In this document: in pieces, positions 26,299 through 36,219 of the stretch
How the letters are laid out: each line of letters begins with the position of its first letter
Numbering within the stretch: position 1 is the stretch's first letter
IMG/VR virus record: IMGVR_UViG_3300017971_000301
Span: 1 to 61,951 of that record
Reading direction: 5' to 3' (one strand)
From: a virus
Lineage: Duplodnaviria > Caudoviricetes
DNA: 61,951 nt
Position numbers and translations under genes: made by a program
The notes under the pieces: model-generated
The model's input: the letters and a program-made list of their open reading frames with translations, nothing else
What the model was told of the DNA's origin: nothing
Database searches by the model: none

Positions 26299-29200
26299 CT
26301 ATGGAATATAGCTCCCTGTTGAACCACCTGGGAAATATCCCGGATTAGTGATTGCTCGAATTCGTTCAATAATTTCTTCGTTTGTAAGGATGTTTTCCAT
26401 ATCAGCACTGGTCACTTCACCCGTGATAGTAACATTAACCTCACTGGTCGTTCCACCATCACCAAGGCCTTCCACAAAGGCTTCTGTCATACTGGTCAAT
26501 TGTTCTGTCGTTTGATCTATTGCTTCAGTCAAGTTCGTAAAGGATTCCGCCAACAAATCGCTTTTTTCAACAATAATGGTTTCACGAATTCCTTCCAGTG
26601 TTGTTTTAACATCATCCACCAATAAGGACATGTCCCCACCAAATGCCTGTTGAAATGCAATATAGTCTGGAAGAAATGTTGCAAACTGCGAAGCCGCAGC
26701 AGCTTGCTGTTCAAATGTTCCAGTAGTCAAAGTAGCAATGAATTCGTTAAAGGACATTTGCATAGCTGCTTGGCTTGTAACATCCCCTCCACTCATCACT
26801 GTCAAATCATGAATCATCTTATCGATGATTCCAATTGCAGAATCCGCTTGAGATAACTGATCATCGGTTAATCGTTTGATTTCCTCCTGAATGTTGGCTT
26901 GTTCAGAAAGAATCATTAGCGCATCCGTATAGAAAGACTCAGAGTTTTCATCCAATCGTTCAAGGGCAAATGTTAGATTTTCAAAGGTGGCTTTTAGTTC
27001 AGAAATCTCAGGTGGCTTTCCTGTCACTCGCTCTCGCAATGCTTCCAGAGGCGCCAATTGTTGTTCCAGCAACATTTGGGCTTGCAGTCTTTTGACCGGG
27101 AGTTCCAGAAATCTGTTCGATTCCTCGACAAGTCTATTGTGCCAATCCTTCAAATTACGTTTCAAGTTTTCCTGAAAGATATCAGGATACTCTTTCAATC
27201 CAAGTTCCAGGTTCAGTCGATTTAGTGTATCCTCAAGGAAGTTTGGCGGGATATCCTCAATATCAATAACACCCTCTTTGATAAGAAGATTCAAATTCGA
27301 GGATATAGCTTCCAGTGTTACTCCGATTGTGTCTTGCAATGTCTGATTAATTTGATCCTGCAATTGGGTTTGTTGCTGATCTTGAAACGACAAATATGTT
27401 TGAAAGCCAATAGTTGGGTCTGTTAAGATATCAAACTCTTTGCCGGGCGTAACTCCATAACCACCCCTAAAGGTAGCAGGATCATTGAACCTGTCCCCGA
27501 TCCATTCCCCCAGATTCGAAGCCAGATCATCCAAGCCGATCAAATCGCCAAGCGACATCAAAGCCGCGATCGGTTGCATACCTGGAATAGCCCACATGGC
27601 TGCGTTAACGCCCTGATAAACAGCTCGCCCATAATCCTCAGCCTGAAATGATTGATAAGCATTATATCCAGAGACACCAGCACCAAGCAAATTAAAACCC
27701 GTGACAGGGGATGGTGCACCTGGAGCCGGAGGACCAACAAAACCGGCCGCGGGACCTCCATACAAAGGAGCATTCAAAAGATCGGAAATCTTCCCTATTC
27801 CACCGGCGAGACCCAATTTATCCAAACCAACTCCGGCCGCGCCGCCACCTAATCCTAACGTCTCAAGTGCTTGCCCGAGAATCGGGACTCCGCCAAGTCC
27901 TCCTCCTACTCCTGGCATTCCTGGAATCTGGAACCCGAGAGCGCTAGCGGCTTGTTGGAACATAGGAATAAAGATCGGTTTTGCAATAGCCTGTGTGGCC
28001 ATTTCAGCAAGCATGCTGGTGAATATCCTGATGGAATCCCGTTTTAGATTCTCGAACGCATCCCCAGCATTTTCGAACAGATCCATGAAGAAGTTGTTGA
28101 ATATCCCGCCCACATCGTTCTGCCAATCTTCATATTGCTTCTTCATCTTTTCCAGAGCCTTGGCATTCTCATCGGGGATCATATTTAAAGTATCAACAGT
28201 CGCATTCCCTGCCTCCTCAACAGTCTTAATCGCTTTTTCCAACGCAGCCTTTTCTTCAATATTGGTTAATTCGTCCTTTATCGCTACAAGCAGTTTTTTG
28301 GCTTTTTGCAGGTTTGTCTCCTGAGAAGCCAGCGCCGTCAATGTGTCTTTCGCCTCCTCTTTTATCCCACTCCAGAAATATCGATTGTCTTTCAACTGTT
28401 TCGTTATTCCAGACATAGAGATTCGGGTTTTTGCAACGAAGTCATGAGATTTTCTGAATTGGTCTGCAAAAGTATCCAAACCCGCTGCTTCGAAATCCTT
28501 TCGTAAACCACCAAGAATCCTCTGGAATGTTCGTAACAGAGCATCGATTTTCTCCATAATCCAGACAAGGCTTTTATTGACAAATTCCGCAAACGAAGCG
28601 TAAGCGATTTTCAGGATTTGCCAAACTTCCTTTAGACCTAACCACGCATCAGAAACCGCAGCAATAGCAAGAACAGTGAATTCCAATGCCCCACCGATCT
28701 TCTCTCGAATTTCTCGACCAAGGTCCGCAGCAGCTCCAGACTTCTGTAATGCTTCCAACTTATTCTCTAACACAGTGAAAGTTGCATTCAAAATGTTGCC
28801 GAAATCTTCGATCAGCTTAATCATTCCACCTGTTGCGGCAGTACTATCATTGACCCGTTTTATGATATTATCGACAATATTTCCGAGGACAGTCCACGCT
28901 TGACCAACCGTCTTCGGCATTTTCGAATATTCCCGTTCTATAACATCCTTCTGAGAAAGGAGAGCACCAATAACCCTCTCCGCTGTTAATTCCCCCTCTG
29001 TTCCAAGTTCCCGAAGCTGCCCAATCGTTACCCCAAGACCATCTGCAATTGCCCTTGCCAATCTTGGCGTTTGTTCCAAAACAGAACGAAGTTCGTCCCC
29101 GCGCAATGTTCCAGATGCTAAGCCCTGTGACAATTGGATTAAGGCAGCATTTGCTTCCGTAGCCGCAGCTCCAGAAACAATTAGGGCTTGATTTATTGTT

Positions 29201-29610
29201 TTAGTCGTCTGAAGAAGATCCTTTTGGCTAACATCTAGATCCCGTGTTACTCGACCAACCCTGGCGTAAAGGTCCGCAGTTCCCTGATAAGCCATTCGCG
29301 TATCATTGGCTATCTTCAATAGTTCTTTCTGAACCGTTGCAAGTTCTTCGGCAGAGTTTGTCACCAGTTTCAAACGACCTTCCACAAGGGATAGGGCATC
29401 AGCAGTTTTCACAAATTGTCGAACAACCAGCGCACCACCAAGACCAACAAAGGCGCTTCGAAGACTGAAGACAGAACTAGTAACCCGTCGCAACGAAGCT
29501 TTGGTTCTTTGCTCATAGTCCTCGAAAGCCCGATTGGCCCGCCGGAACCCACTTCTCAATGGTCCGAGATCTGCGCCCAGCTTAGCAACCAATTCGCCCA
29601 AAACAGCCAT
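26299..29610 (-). CDS. tape measure protein
   Basis: 1103 aa, helical; QLSQGLASGTLRGDELRSVLEQTPRLARAIADGLG tape-measure motif. Confidence 0.92.
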   Translation of the reverse strand: MAVLGELVAKLGADLGPLRSGFRRANRAFEDYEQRTKASLRRVTSSVFSLRSAFVGLGGALVVRQFVKTADALSLVEGRLKLVTNSAEELATVQKELLKIANDTRMAYQGTADLYARVGRVTRDLDVSQKDLLQTTKTINQALIVSGAAATEANAALIQLSQGLASGTLRGDELRSVLEQTPRLARAIADGLGVTIGQLRELGTEGELTAERVIGALLSQKDVIEREYSKMPKTVGQAWTVLGNIVDNIIKRVNDSTAATGGMIKLIEDFGNILNATFTVLENKLEALQKSGAAADLGREIREKIGGALEFTVLAIAAVSDAWLGLKEVWQILKIAYASFAEFVNKSLVWIMEKIDALLRTFQRILGGLRKDFEAAGLDTFADQFRKSHDFVAKTRISMSGITKQLKDNRYFWSGIKEEAKDTLTALASQETNLQKAKKLLVAIKDELTNIEEKAALEKAIKTVEEAGNATVDTLNMIPDENAKALEKMKKQYEDWQNDVGGIFNNFFMDLFENAGDAFENLKRDSIRIFTSMLAEMATQAIAKPIFIPMFQQAASALGFQIPGMPGVGGGLGGVPILGQALETLGLGGGAAGVGLDKLGLAGGIGKISDLLNAPLYGGPAAGFVGPPAPGAPSPVTGFNLLGAGVSGYNAYQSFQAEDYGRAVYQGVNAAMWAIPGMQPIAALMSLGDLIGLDDLASNLGEWIGDRFNDPATFRGGYGVTPGKEFDILTDPTIGFQTYLSFQDQQQTQLQDQINQTLQDTIGVTLEAISSNLNLLIKEGVIDIEDIPPNFLEDTLNRLNLELGLKEYPDIFQENLKRNLKDWHNRLVEESNRFLELPVKRLQAQMLLEQQLAPLEALRERVTGKPPEISELKATFENLTFALERLDENSESFYTDALMILSEQANIQEEIKRLTDDQLSQADSAIGIIDKMIHDLTVMSGGDVTSQAAMQMSFNEFIATLTTGTFEQQAAAASQFATFLPDYIAFQQAFGGDMSLLVDDVKTTLEGIRETIIVEKSDLLAESFTNLTEAIDQTTEQLTSMTEAFVEGLGDGGTTSEVNVTITGEVTSADMENILTNEEIIERIRAITNPGYFPGGSTGSYIP

Positions 29611-30020
29611 TATTTTTTCTTCCTTAATCTATGAGGCGGTCGTTTGGTAATATCTACTTTCCCATGTCGTTGGTTAGCCACACGAGCAATTGACTTAAGA
29701 ACCTCTTTCATTTCTTCCACAGTTTGTTTCTTAGGTCCAGGATCATCCCACACGGGAAGAAAGTCTTTGGGTTTTGTTTGTTTGAACTGTCCCTTCTTTC
29801 CATAAACACTACCAGCTAAGTTTGTTATGACAGAGCAAAGCCTGGCCAACATGAACTCTATTCTTTCCTCTGGACTAATCGGGTTAATCTGATGAATAGC
29901 TTGCCATTCACTGATTTGTCGAGACGTCAGTTTTTCAAGCAGTTCATCAGGATGCGAATACCCTAGCTCTCGGCAAAGTCGGAAATAGAATTGGCGGTTT
30001 CCCCGCCTTCGGAGTTTTTT
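29610..30020 (-). CDS. tail assembly chaperone, -1 frameshift extension (gpGT-like)
   Basis: The -1 frame after A AAA AAC reads LRRRGNRQFYFRLCRELGYSHPDELL...EWQA...EERIEFMLARL and joins ORF 29610-29852. Confidence 0.8.
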   Translation of the reverse strand, partial: KKLRRRGNRQFYFRLCRELGYSHPDELLEKLTSRQISEWQAIHQINPISPEERIEFMLARLCSVITNLAGSVYGKKGQFKQTKPKDFLPVWDDPGPKKQTVEEMKEVLKSIARVANQRHGKVDITKRPPHRLRKKK

Positions 30021-30400
30021 ACTAACTTCTCCTTATCCTTCTCGCTGATTGCATTGATATCCTGAGCCTTGTTGACGATCCTTTCCAACCTTGTTGCGCC
30101 CATGTTCTCACTCAATGGCCCAAAGTCAGTAGGCTTGAACAAGAGTTTTCCCTCACTATCACAAACGGTAAAACAAGCCAGCTTGGCCCGAAAATCTTCC
30201 ATGGATCTTTCATAATCCGTGACTTTTCCATTATCGTCTGTGATTTCCCGCATCAGGGAACGTTCCCACCTGTCTCTAGCCCGACCGGTCATTTCCTTAA
30301 CAAAGGTATATGTCCCATCTTCGAACTCAACTTTCTCAATTGCCAAATCCTGCTTTGCTAACAAATCTTCTCTTGTCAATTCTTTCTGTTCTATGGTCAT
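29963..30400 (-). CDS. tail assembly chaperone (gpG-like)
   Basis: Between tail tube and tape measure; VKEMTG..RD..E, C D..GK.LF, ends LVKNS. Confidence 0.85.
   Translation of the reverse strand: MTIEQKELTREDLLAKQDLAIEKVEFEDGTYTFVKEMTGRARDRWERSLMREITDDNGKVTDYERSMEDFRAKLACFTVCDSEGKLLFKPTDFGPLSENMGATRLERIVNKAQDINAISEKDKEKLVKNSEGGETANSISDFAES
30014..30020 (-). promoter_or_regulatory. programmed -1 frameshift slippery site
   Basis: A AAA AAC (X XXY YYZ) in the correct frame at the end of the chaperone gene. Confidence 0.8.
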
Positions 30401-30446
30401 GATTACCCTCCTAAAAGTGTAAATCCATGATTAGGATTCATTGTTA

Positions 30447-30950
30447 TTACGCACCGACGCTGGGTCCGCTTCCAGATTCCAGAGTCACTTCACCAGAGAC
30501 CTTGAGAGTTACATCAGCCGATATCTTGTCGTTAGTAGGAATGTTCAACGGCAATTCCGTAACCAACCCTTGAAACTCAAGAGTCGTGGTATCAGCATCA
30601 GGAAGAACGATCTCATAATCCTGTAAATCATCGTCTTCGAAATCGGTCTTCATGGTTTCATAGGTATCCCGAGTAAAGTTCATACTCAACGTAACACCAC
30701 CCGGGTCTCGTAATGCCCCGATGAATGTCATATACCCTCCGGAAGTATCCAAAGTAGTCGTGTCAATCGTGGTTCTTGACATTGTAGGACCGCTAATGGA
30801 CATGATCTCTGCGATCAATTCCCAACTAGCTGTTCCGGAGTCCCATCGCCGAAATTCTGTTCCCTGGCTACCTACCGCGCCACGCTGATTGAAAAGCAAT
30901 TTGGAACAGAAGACAACCAGGGAAACAAACCAAAGCTTAATTCGGTTCAT
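30447..30950 (-). CDS. major tail tube protein with an unusual 24-aa leader
   Basis: GTEF...IAEIMSISGP...IDTTTLD...GALRDPG...LKVSG tail-tube pattern; strong AGGAGGTG RBS. Confidence 0.88.
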   Translation of the reverse strand: MNRIKLWFVSLVVFCSKLLFNQRGAVGSQGTEFRRWDSGTASWELIAEIMSISGPTMSRTTIDTTTLDTSGGYMTFIGALRDPGGVTLSMNFTRDTYETMKTDFEDDDLQDYEIVLPDADTTTLEFQGLVTELPLNIPTNDKISADVTLKVSGEVTLESGSGPSVGA

Positions 30951-30959
30951 ATTCGTCTC

Positions 30960-31355
30960 TCACCTCCTTTGCATTGCGAAGTTAATAAAAAATCGTGGTC
31001 GATCATTGTTGTCCCAATCCAGCAAGGCAGGATCACCAGTTGAAACAATCGAGCTATATAAAGTTCCGTTCCATGTTTCCGGTCCTTTTCCATGGAGCAG
31101 ATCCCTTATACCATCAATAAGAGCCCATCCTGTGTCATAGTCCAGATTTCGAACTCGAATCTGAATGAACGGGCGTTGATACACACTATCATTATTCAAA
31201 GTCACATCATCCAAGCCACCTGGAGTATCAAACACTGTCACACAATTTGCCGGCGTAGTTGGTTCCTTCCCAACAAACAGGTTAGTAGCAAATATCAAAC
31301 CTAAAGAAGACTCATTCTCCAGCATATCTTTCACATCTATTGACGCAGGATTCAT
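30960..31355 (-). CDS. tail terminator-like protein
   Basis: LFVG.EP..P..CVTVFDTPG...IQIRVR...D.N.R..F.INF; position. Confidence 0.75.
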   Translation of the reverse strand: MNPASIDVKDMLENESSLGLIFATNLFVGKEPTTPANCVTVFDTPGGLDDVTLNNDSVYQRPFIQIRVRNLDYDTGWALIDGIRDLLHGKGPETWNGTLYSSIVSTGDPALLDWDNNDRPRFFINFAMQRR

Positions 31356-31855
31356 TTGATTCTAGCCTCTTCCTTTATCACATTGAAAACTGCCTTTTGT
31401 TCCCTGTTCAACGCAGCTTGAAAGAATTTTGCTCCAGCCGCAGCCTTCATTGCCCCTTCTTTTGGTTGTTTGAAATTTGCTCCAACCATCTCATGAACAT
31501 ACGTGGCATAATACGCTGAAAACCCCATAATCAGTAACGGATCACGACTACTCATAGCATCTGCCTTATTCTTACTCACTACAGTTCCATGATCAGAAGA
31601 TACTTGTGCAACAGATGCTCCCGTTCCTTTGAACTGAGGGGATTGTCCCGTTGGCGTTTTTCCATCTGAAGTAACAGTAAACCAACTAGCTCGCAGGTTC
31701 CCCAGATCAATGGGAATGGACGGCGCATTATCTTCCATACTCCGCCGAATAATAATCGCGCCACGAATCAGACCTTTCATGGTCAAATTCTCGATCGTCT
31801 TCAGCTCCTTATTCAAGTTTCTGATTACGCGCCCAATTCCTTCAACGACTGCCAT
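31352..31855 (-). CDS. HK97 gp10-like tail completion protein
   Basis: PIDLGNLRAS, YATYVHE, AKFFQAA. Confidence 0.8.
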   Translation of the reverse strand: MAVVEGIGRVIRNLNKELKTIENLTMKGLIRGAIIIRRSMEDNAPSIPIDLGNLRASWFTVTSDGKTPTGQSPQFKGTGASVAQVSSDHGTVVSKNKADAMSSRDPLLIMGFSAYYATYVHEMVGANFKQPKEGAMKAAAGAKFFQAALNREQKAVFNVIKEEARIK

Positions 31856-32217
31856 TACAAATACGCCTTTCTAAAGTATCGCTGCACAGATCCAACCTGC
31901 ATTGTGGGAGTCTTATCGAATTTGCGAATCGTAAACGCATCCTCGATTGTTATGGGATCAGACTCCTCATCGGAATCCAAATCATCCAGAGTGCCCAGAT
32001 ATAACTTCCCCTGTTCATCAACATTCTGACTAACCTGAACCTGAGCATTGGAAACAATCTCATCCCCATTTTGATCAGTAATTACTTCTCGTTTCTCAAC
32101 CCATCGGCAGGATATTTCCACCGGCGCTGCATAAGTGAATCCACCAATTCCGTTCGATGTGGGTGTCCCCCAATAAACGGCAGTTTGATTTAGATTTCGA
32201 TCTGGAAACCGTGTCAT
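31855..32217 (-). CDS. head closure protein
   Basis: QTAVYW...G.....PVEISCRW...GDEIVS.A; position. Confidence 0.7.
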   Translation of the reverse strand: MTRFPDRNLNQTAVYWGTPTSNGIGGFTYAAPVEISCRWVEKREVITDQNGDEIVSNAQVQVSQNVDEQGKLYLGTLDDLDSDEESDPITIEDAFTIRKFDKTPTMQVGSVQRYFRKAYL

Positions 32218-32224
32218 ATCCCAC

Positions 32225-32599
32225 CTATTCAAAACTGGTTATTGCCTTGAATTTGACTCCTTTCTTTCCAACCTTCGCAGCCATTTTGCCGGTTGTGTCC
32301 AGAATCTTGACCTGTTGCCCGTAAAACGAAGCATCCAGGGACATTCCTGTTCTCCCCTGATACTTAATTCGCGCATCCTGTGCCGCTTCCTCTGTAGGCT
32401 TCTGGTCACGCGTAAGGGCAAGAAAATGGGCTGTCAACCATTTCTCTATTGACTCTTTTTGAGCCGCCGACAACGTGGTATCAGTCCCAAGGATCTCTGT
32501 CACAACCAGATTAGCATCGTCGATAAAGGCTTCAACGACTACATCAGTCAAATCAGTATCGAAGATAACTTTTACATCTGTCGCAGTTGTTCTAGCCAT
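32225..32599 (-). CDS. head-tail adaptor protein
   Basis: GGAGG RBS; TDVK...FIDDA...IEKWLTAHF...YGQQ..LD.TG. Confidence 0.75.
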   Translation of the reverse strand: MARTTATDVKVIFDTDLTDVVVEAFIDDANLVVTEILGTDTTLSAAQKESIEKWLTAHFLALTRDQKPTEEAAQDARIKYQGRTGMSLDASFYGQQVKILDTTGKMAAKVGKKGVKFKAITSFE

Positions 32600-32825
32600 G
32601 AAAATGCCTCCCAAACCGAACATCAACATTACCATACAAGCGTTCTTTGACAATGGCAGTTCGGTCTGCGTTTAGAACAAAATTTTCACAGATCCTCATA
32701 TGTTTCTCAACATACCCCTGTTCCTGATCTGCGATAATACAAGAATCGACAGGTTCCCCATTTAGAAATGGCTGACAATGACGAAGTAGTCGATGTGTTC
32801 TCATCTGATCGACTGTAGCTCTCAT
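32592..32825 (-). CDS. small hypothetical protein
   Basis: ATGA-coupled to the sulfotransferase; overlaps the adaptor start. Confidence 0.5.
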   Translation of the reverse strand: MRATVDQMRTHRLLRHCQPFLNGEPVDSCIIADQEQGYVEKHMRICENFVLNADRTAIVKERLYGNVDVRFGRHFHG

Positions 32826-33520
32826 CGATTTTTCCTCGCTTTCCAAAGTTTCGGATCAATGAAGGACAGAACTTCGCTTTTCCACTCCAGCCCAAGCCAT
32901 TCAATTGTATCCATCATTTGTCGATAATCACCACTGACCATTCTTTCTGGCCAAACGATCTTCACGTTTAGTCCTTCTATTATCATTTCAACGAATCGTT
33001 TTTCATGTTGACGCACCCACCAAATCCAGCCATCTCGTTCATTGTCGACTCCAATGGCTTTCTGAACATGTGTCTTTTGGTAAGCCCGCATGAAACTGGT
33101 CTTGAAACAAGAAGAGACTATATCTCCTGTTCTTCGTCGAACGATAATCCACTTTGCATTAGGAAAAGCATGATTCCAGATCGGCCACATCAAACACATC
33201 TTTGCTCCCTTGTACATCCAGGGACCATTCTCATAGCCTTCCTTTTTTATAACAAATTCAATCCGCCTTTTCCAATTGTTCGGGATCGATAGTTTATCGA
33301 TATTTGGTAATGGAAACTGTCCTAATGGATCCATCCCGATCCCCCGAAGATAAGATTTCACAATAGAATTCCTGATTACAACATTCTCAAACATTCCCTT
33401 GGCGTTGTTTTTGTTTGGTCCAGACATATTTCCACCAAACGCGCCACAAAGATTGATAACACCAGCGACCATACTGGTTCCAGATCTAGCACAACCCGTG
33501 ATTAGGATTGGGTCTTTCAT
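32822..33520 (-). CDS. sulfotransferase-family protein
   Basis: 5'-PSB loop ILITGCARSGTS; FPNAKWIIVRR...IVSS (3'-PB-like). Confidence 0.8.
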   Translation of the reverse strand: MKDPILITGCARSGTSMVAGVINLCGAFGGNMSGPNKNNAKGMFENVVIRNSIVKSYLRGIGMDPLGQFPLPNIDKLSIPNNWKRRIEFVIKKEGYENGPWMYKGAKMCLMWPIWNHAFPNAKWIIVRRRTGDIVSSCFKTSFMRAYQKTHVQKAIGVDNERDGWIWWVRQHEKRFVEMIIEGLNVKIVWPERMVSGDYRQMMDTIEWLGLEWKSEVLSFIDPKLWKARKNR

Positions 33521-34248
33521 CTCCAGTACTCCTTTATCCAGCTATCTTTGATTTCGTGAGGACGAGGTTTCCCATGAAAGGAAACAATACTTGTAGTCTT
33601 CGGAATCCCGCCTCTCCTTTTCCGAATATGTCGTTTGTAACTTAGTATTTCTCCAGGTTTCCAACGATCAGCAAACCGTCCTGCTACATGCCTTACCCAA
33701 TATCGTTCCCTTCCCTGAGTAAACTTAACCACCGCAGAAACGTTGTTAATAAATGGTATCCAAAAAAGTCTTTCGGTTTCTGCATTAGCCCGAAAGCTCA
33801 TAATATCACCATCTAGTTTGTGTTCATGCCCCCGTTTGAATTTCGATCTGGCACAGAATAGTCCTGTATAAGACATCAGTCTTTCCAAAGAACCAACAAC
33901 AACAACATCAATATCTATACAAAGAACCTGCCCGGATAACCCTGCCTTCTTACTAAACATATAAATTCTCGGCAATACGCCCGCGTGCGCGGGAATATCA
34001 AAGGAACGAACTTCGATATCAGAATCAAGGTCCAATTTCTCGTTCGTGAAACAAACAAACTGAAAAGATCGATCAGCAAACCGCTTAACACCATGATACA
34101 AATTGTTAATATATTTGGCAGGAAGATCATCAGATATTTTTCCGATTCTCTTCAAGTGGTGTTCTTGAAGATTTACATGGCCCACCGGCGCTTTGTACCC
34201 GTCTTGTTGCCAGCGATCCCCCTGCCAATAAAAACAAATCACATACAT
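33517..34248 (-). CDS. glycosyltransferase (GT-A, GT8-like phage family)
   Basis: VICFYW.G, YINNL..GVKR, FVCFT, CIDIDVV (DxD), IVSFHGKPRPHE. Confidence 0.8.
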   Translation of the reverse strand: MYVICFYWQGDRWQQDGYKAPVGHVNLQEHHLKRIGKISDDLPAKYINNLYHGVKRFADRSFQFVCFTNEKLDLDSDIEVRSFDIPAHAGVLPRIYMFSKKAGLSGQVLCIDIDVVVVGSLERLMSYTGLFCARSKFKRGHEHKLDGDIMSFRANAETERLFWIPFINNVSAVVKFTQGRERYWVRHVAGRFADRWKPGEILSYKRHIRKRRGGIPKTTSIVSFHGKPRPHEIKDSWIKEYWR

Positions 34249-34898
34249 TAGCGCGCAATCCTTTCCAACCAGTCAACTTTCCTAAAGTTCATGGTTTTTG
34301 GTTGCCCTGTCACAATGATCGTTTCCTTTAAGTTTCTCCTTTGTTTCAATTGACCCATTTTCATCAGCCACTTGTTAGGAAAAGTAGGCTGTTTAGGAAT
34401 CCACTCCCCCATAAGATCCTGGTCACTTCGATATTTTAGCATATAGTATTCAGGATCTTTCAAGAATCTGTCATATATAAAAGAAGTAGATCCAGGATCA
34501 AACAACATAACTGCCGCTTGATATCTGGTCACAATTTTCCAACATTCCTCATTTTTTCTAACCCTATAAAACCGAGTATTGAACATAACCAAATTTCCTG
34601 GATAATCCAGAATTGGGCCGAGATTACTAACAACATGTGAATCCAGATCCAGGTAAAGTGTTCTCCCTTCAATCAGACTAGGTCGATGCAATTCAACTTT
34701 CGACCACCATCCTGGCCAATTGTGTTTCAGAGAAATAGTCTTCATCCCATCGAAACTGGTCGGGCAATTGGTTAGAACATAAAAGTCATAGGGTCGATCG
34801 ATCCATTTGTCGACTGTTCTCTTCAATCGATCTACATCACGTGGGGAGAAATCTCGCCCACGAAAATTGCCTTTCCAATATAAACAAATAATATTCAC
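34248..34898 (-). CDS. glycosyltransferase (GT-A, GT8-like phage family)
   Basis: IICLYWKG, FYVLTN, GWWSKVELH, LYLDLD, SDQD; probable GTG start overlapping the upstream stop. Confidence 0.8.
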   Translation of the reverse strand: MNIICLYWKGNFRGRDFSPRDVDRLKRTVDKWIDRPYDFYVLTNCPTSFDGMKTISLKHNWPGWWSKVELHRPSLIEGRTLYLDLDSHVVSNLGPILDYPGNLVMFNTRFYRVRKNEECWKIVTRYQAAVMLFDPGSTSFIYDRFLKDPEYYMLKYRSDQDLMGEWIPKQPTFPNKWLMKMGQLKQRRNLKETIIVTGQPKTMNFRKVDWLERIAR

Positions 34899-35539
34899 TG
34901 CATTTTTCCAGGTTCTATCCACTGTTCGATTACATCCCAATTCGGGACAATTCCAACAAAGTCAAACAACTTTGCAATCTCTGATTCATTTCCTTTCGAT
35001 ATTTCTTTCACATCGACTGAAAGGCTATGTTTAACCTTTAGAAAAACTTGACGTTGCCGTTCTTTCAGAGCCTTGACAAACTGTTTCTTCATATGCTGGG
35101 GACGTCGTCTCATTCCTGGGTGTCTATTCATACTATCCAGAATTGCGAAATCTGGTCGCATTGTTAAAACCCAGCGAGCCTTAGGATAAACCGACTTCCA
35201 AAACGAATTGAAAGTTAGTGTCCAGGATGTTTTCACAAGCCATGGAATCTTATCAGGTACAAAGGATTCGATTTCACGTTTCAGGCTTGCATAGTTTGTT
35301 GTCAAATGCAGATCCGTAGGAAGCGGAATGCACCAATTCTTATATGATACCTTCCTTGCTTCCCGTTTCATTAAATCCTTGATATCCATGTTTTCAACAC
35401 CAAGATTAGAATTGCTTTCAGGAAAAAAAGTCGTTCTGGCTCTGCCAATCCAAACACCGTGATGAAATAGCAACCCGGCTGTCATGGTCGTTCCTGATCT
35501 GGGCGGTCCTGCAATAAATATCGGTTCCTGATCAATCAT
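34895..35539 (-). CDS. sulfotransferase-family protein
   Basis: IFIAGPPRSGTT; YPKARWVLTMR...ILDS. Confidence 0.78.
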   Translation of the reverse strand: MIDQEPIFIAGPPRSGTTMTAGLLFHHGVWIGRARTTFFPESNSNLGVENMDIKDLMKREARKVSYKNWCIPLPTDLHLTTNYASLKREIESFVPDKIPWLVKTSWTLTFNSFWKSVYPKARWVLTMRPDFAILDSMNRHPGMRRRPQHMKKQFVKALKERQRQVFLKVKHSLSVDVKEISKGNESEIAKLFDFVGIVPNWDVIEQWIEPGKMQ

Positions 35540-36219
35540 CCCCACAGCTCTCTCAGTTCTGGGTATATTTGAATTGCCCTATCATTCTTAACAGGCATTG
35601 ATAACAAAATCTTCATGTCCTTTGGAAAAACAACTTTATCACCATCCAAACAATGAATCAGTTTACGAACCCATTTTTCTGGATATTTGTGAAGATATGG
35701 AAAGTTAGCAATGATGAAATCCTGATCACTACGGAACTTCTTCAAATGAAATCTTGTATTCTGCTGAAACTTTCGCCAAATGTCTCGAGTTGTTTCTGAC
35801 TTATAAAAACTCATTACAGAAGAGTTATATCCTCTCGGATTCAATTTCTTTTGTTTCCCGAACGCAGGACAAATCATCATCGAATATTCATCAGTGACAA
35901 AAGGCATAATATTGTCAACGAGAATCATATCCAAATCCAGATATAGAACCAAATTACTAACAGGAAGATCAGGTCGAAACAGTTCCATTTTGGCCCACCA
36001 ACCTTGCCACGGATACTGAAGAGGGATTCTTCTTATTCCAGAAATATCAAATTTATCGTTTGTTAAACAAACAAACTCATAATCAACATTCTCTGGTATA
36101 TTTCGTCGCACCATTTTGGCAAGTTTCTTAACCCACTTCTTGGTGTACGAAGTATGATTATATTTCCTGGCTCTAAAGGTTCCTTTCCAGAGCACAGATG
36201 CGACTGTTAACTTTTCCAT
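35536..36219 (-). CDS. glycosyltransferase (GT-A, GT8-like phage family)
   Basis: VLWKG, FVCLTN, GWWAKMELF, LYLDLD, YNSSVM, SDQDFI. Confidence 0.82.
   Translation of the reverse strand: MEKLTVASVLWKGTFRARKYNHTSYTKKWVKKLAKMVRRNIPENVDYEFVCLTNDKFDISGIRRIPLQYPWQGWWAKMELFRPDLPVSNLVLYLDLDMILVDNIMPFVTDEYSMMICPAFGKQKKLNPRGYNSSVMSFYKSETTRDIWRKFQQNTRFHLKKFRSDQDFIIANFPYLHKYPEKWVRKLIHCLDGDKVVFPKDMKILLSMPVKNDRAIQIYPELRELWG

Noticed and set aside
27701-28324. 207-aa Pro-rich + strand ORF and similar antisense ORFs
   Set aside because: Shadow frames of the Gly-rich tape measure and other genes; no RBS or motifs
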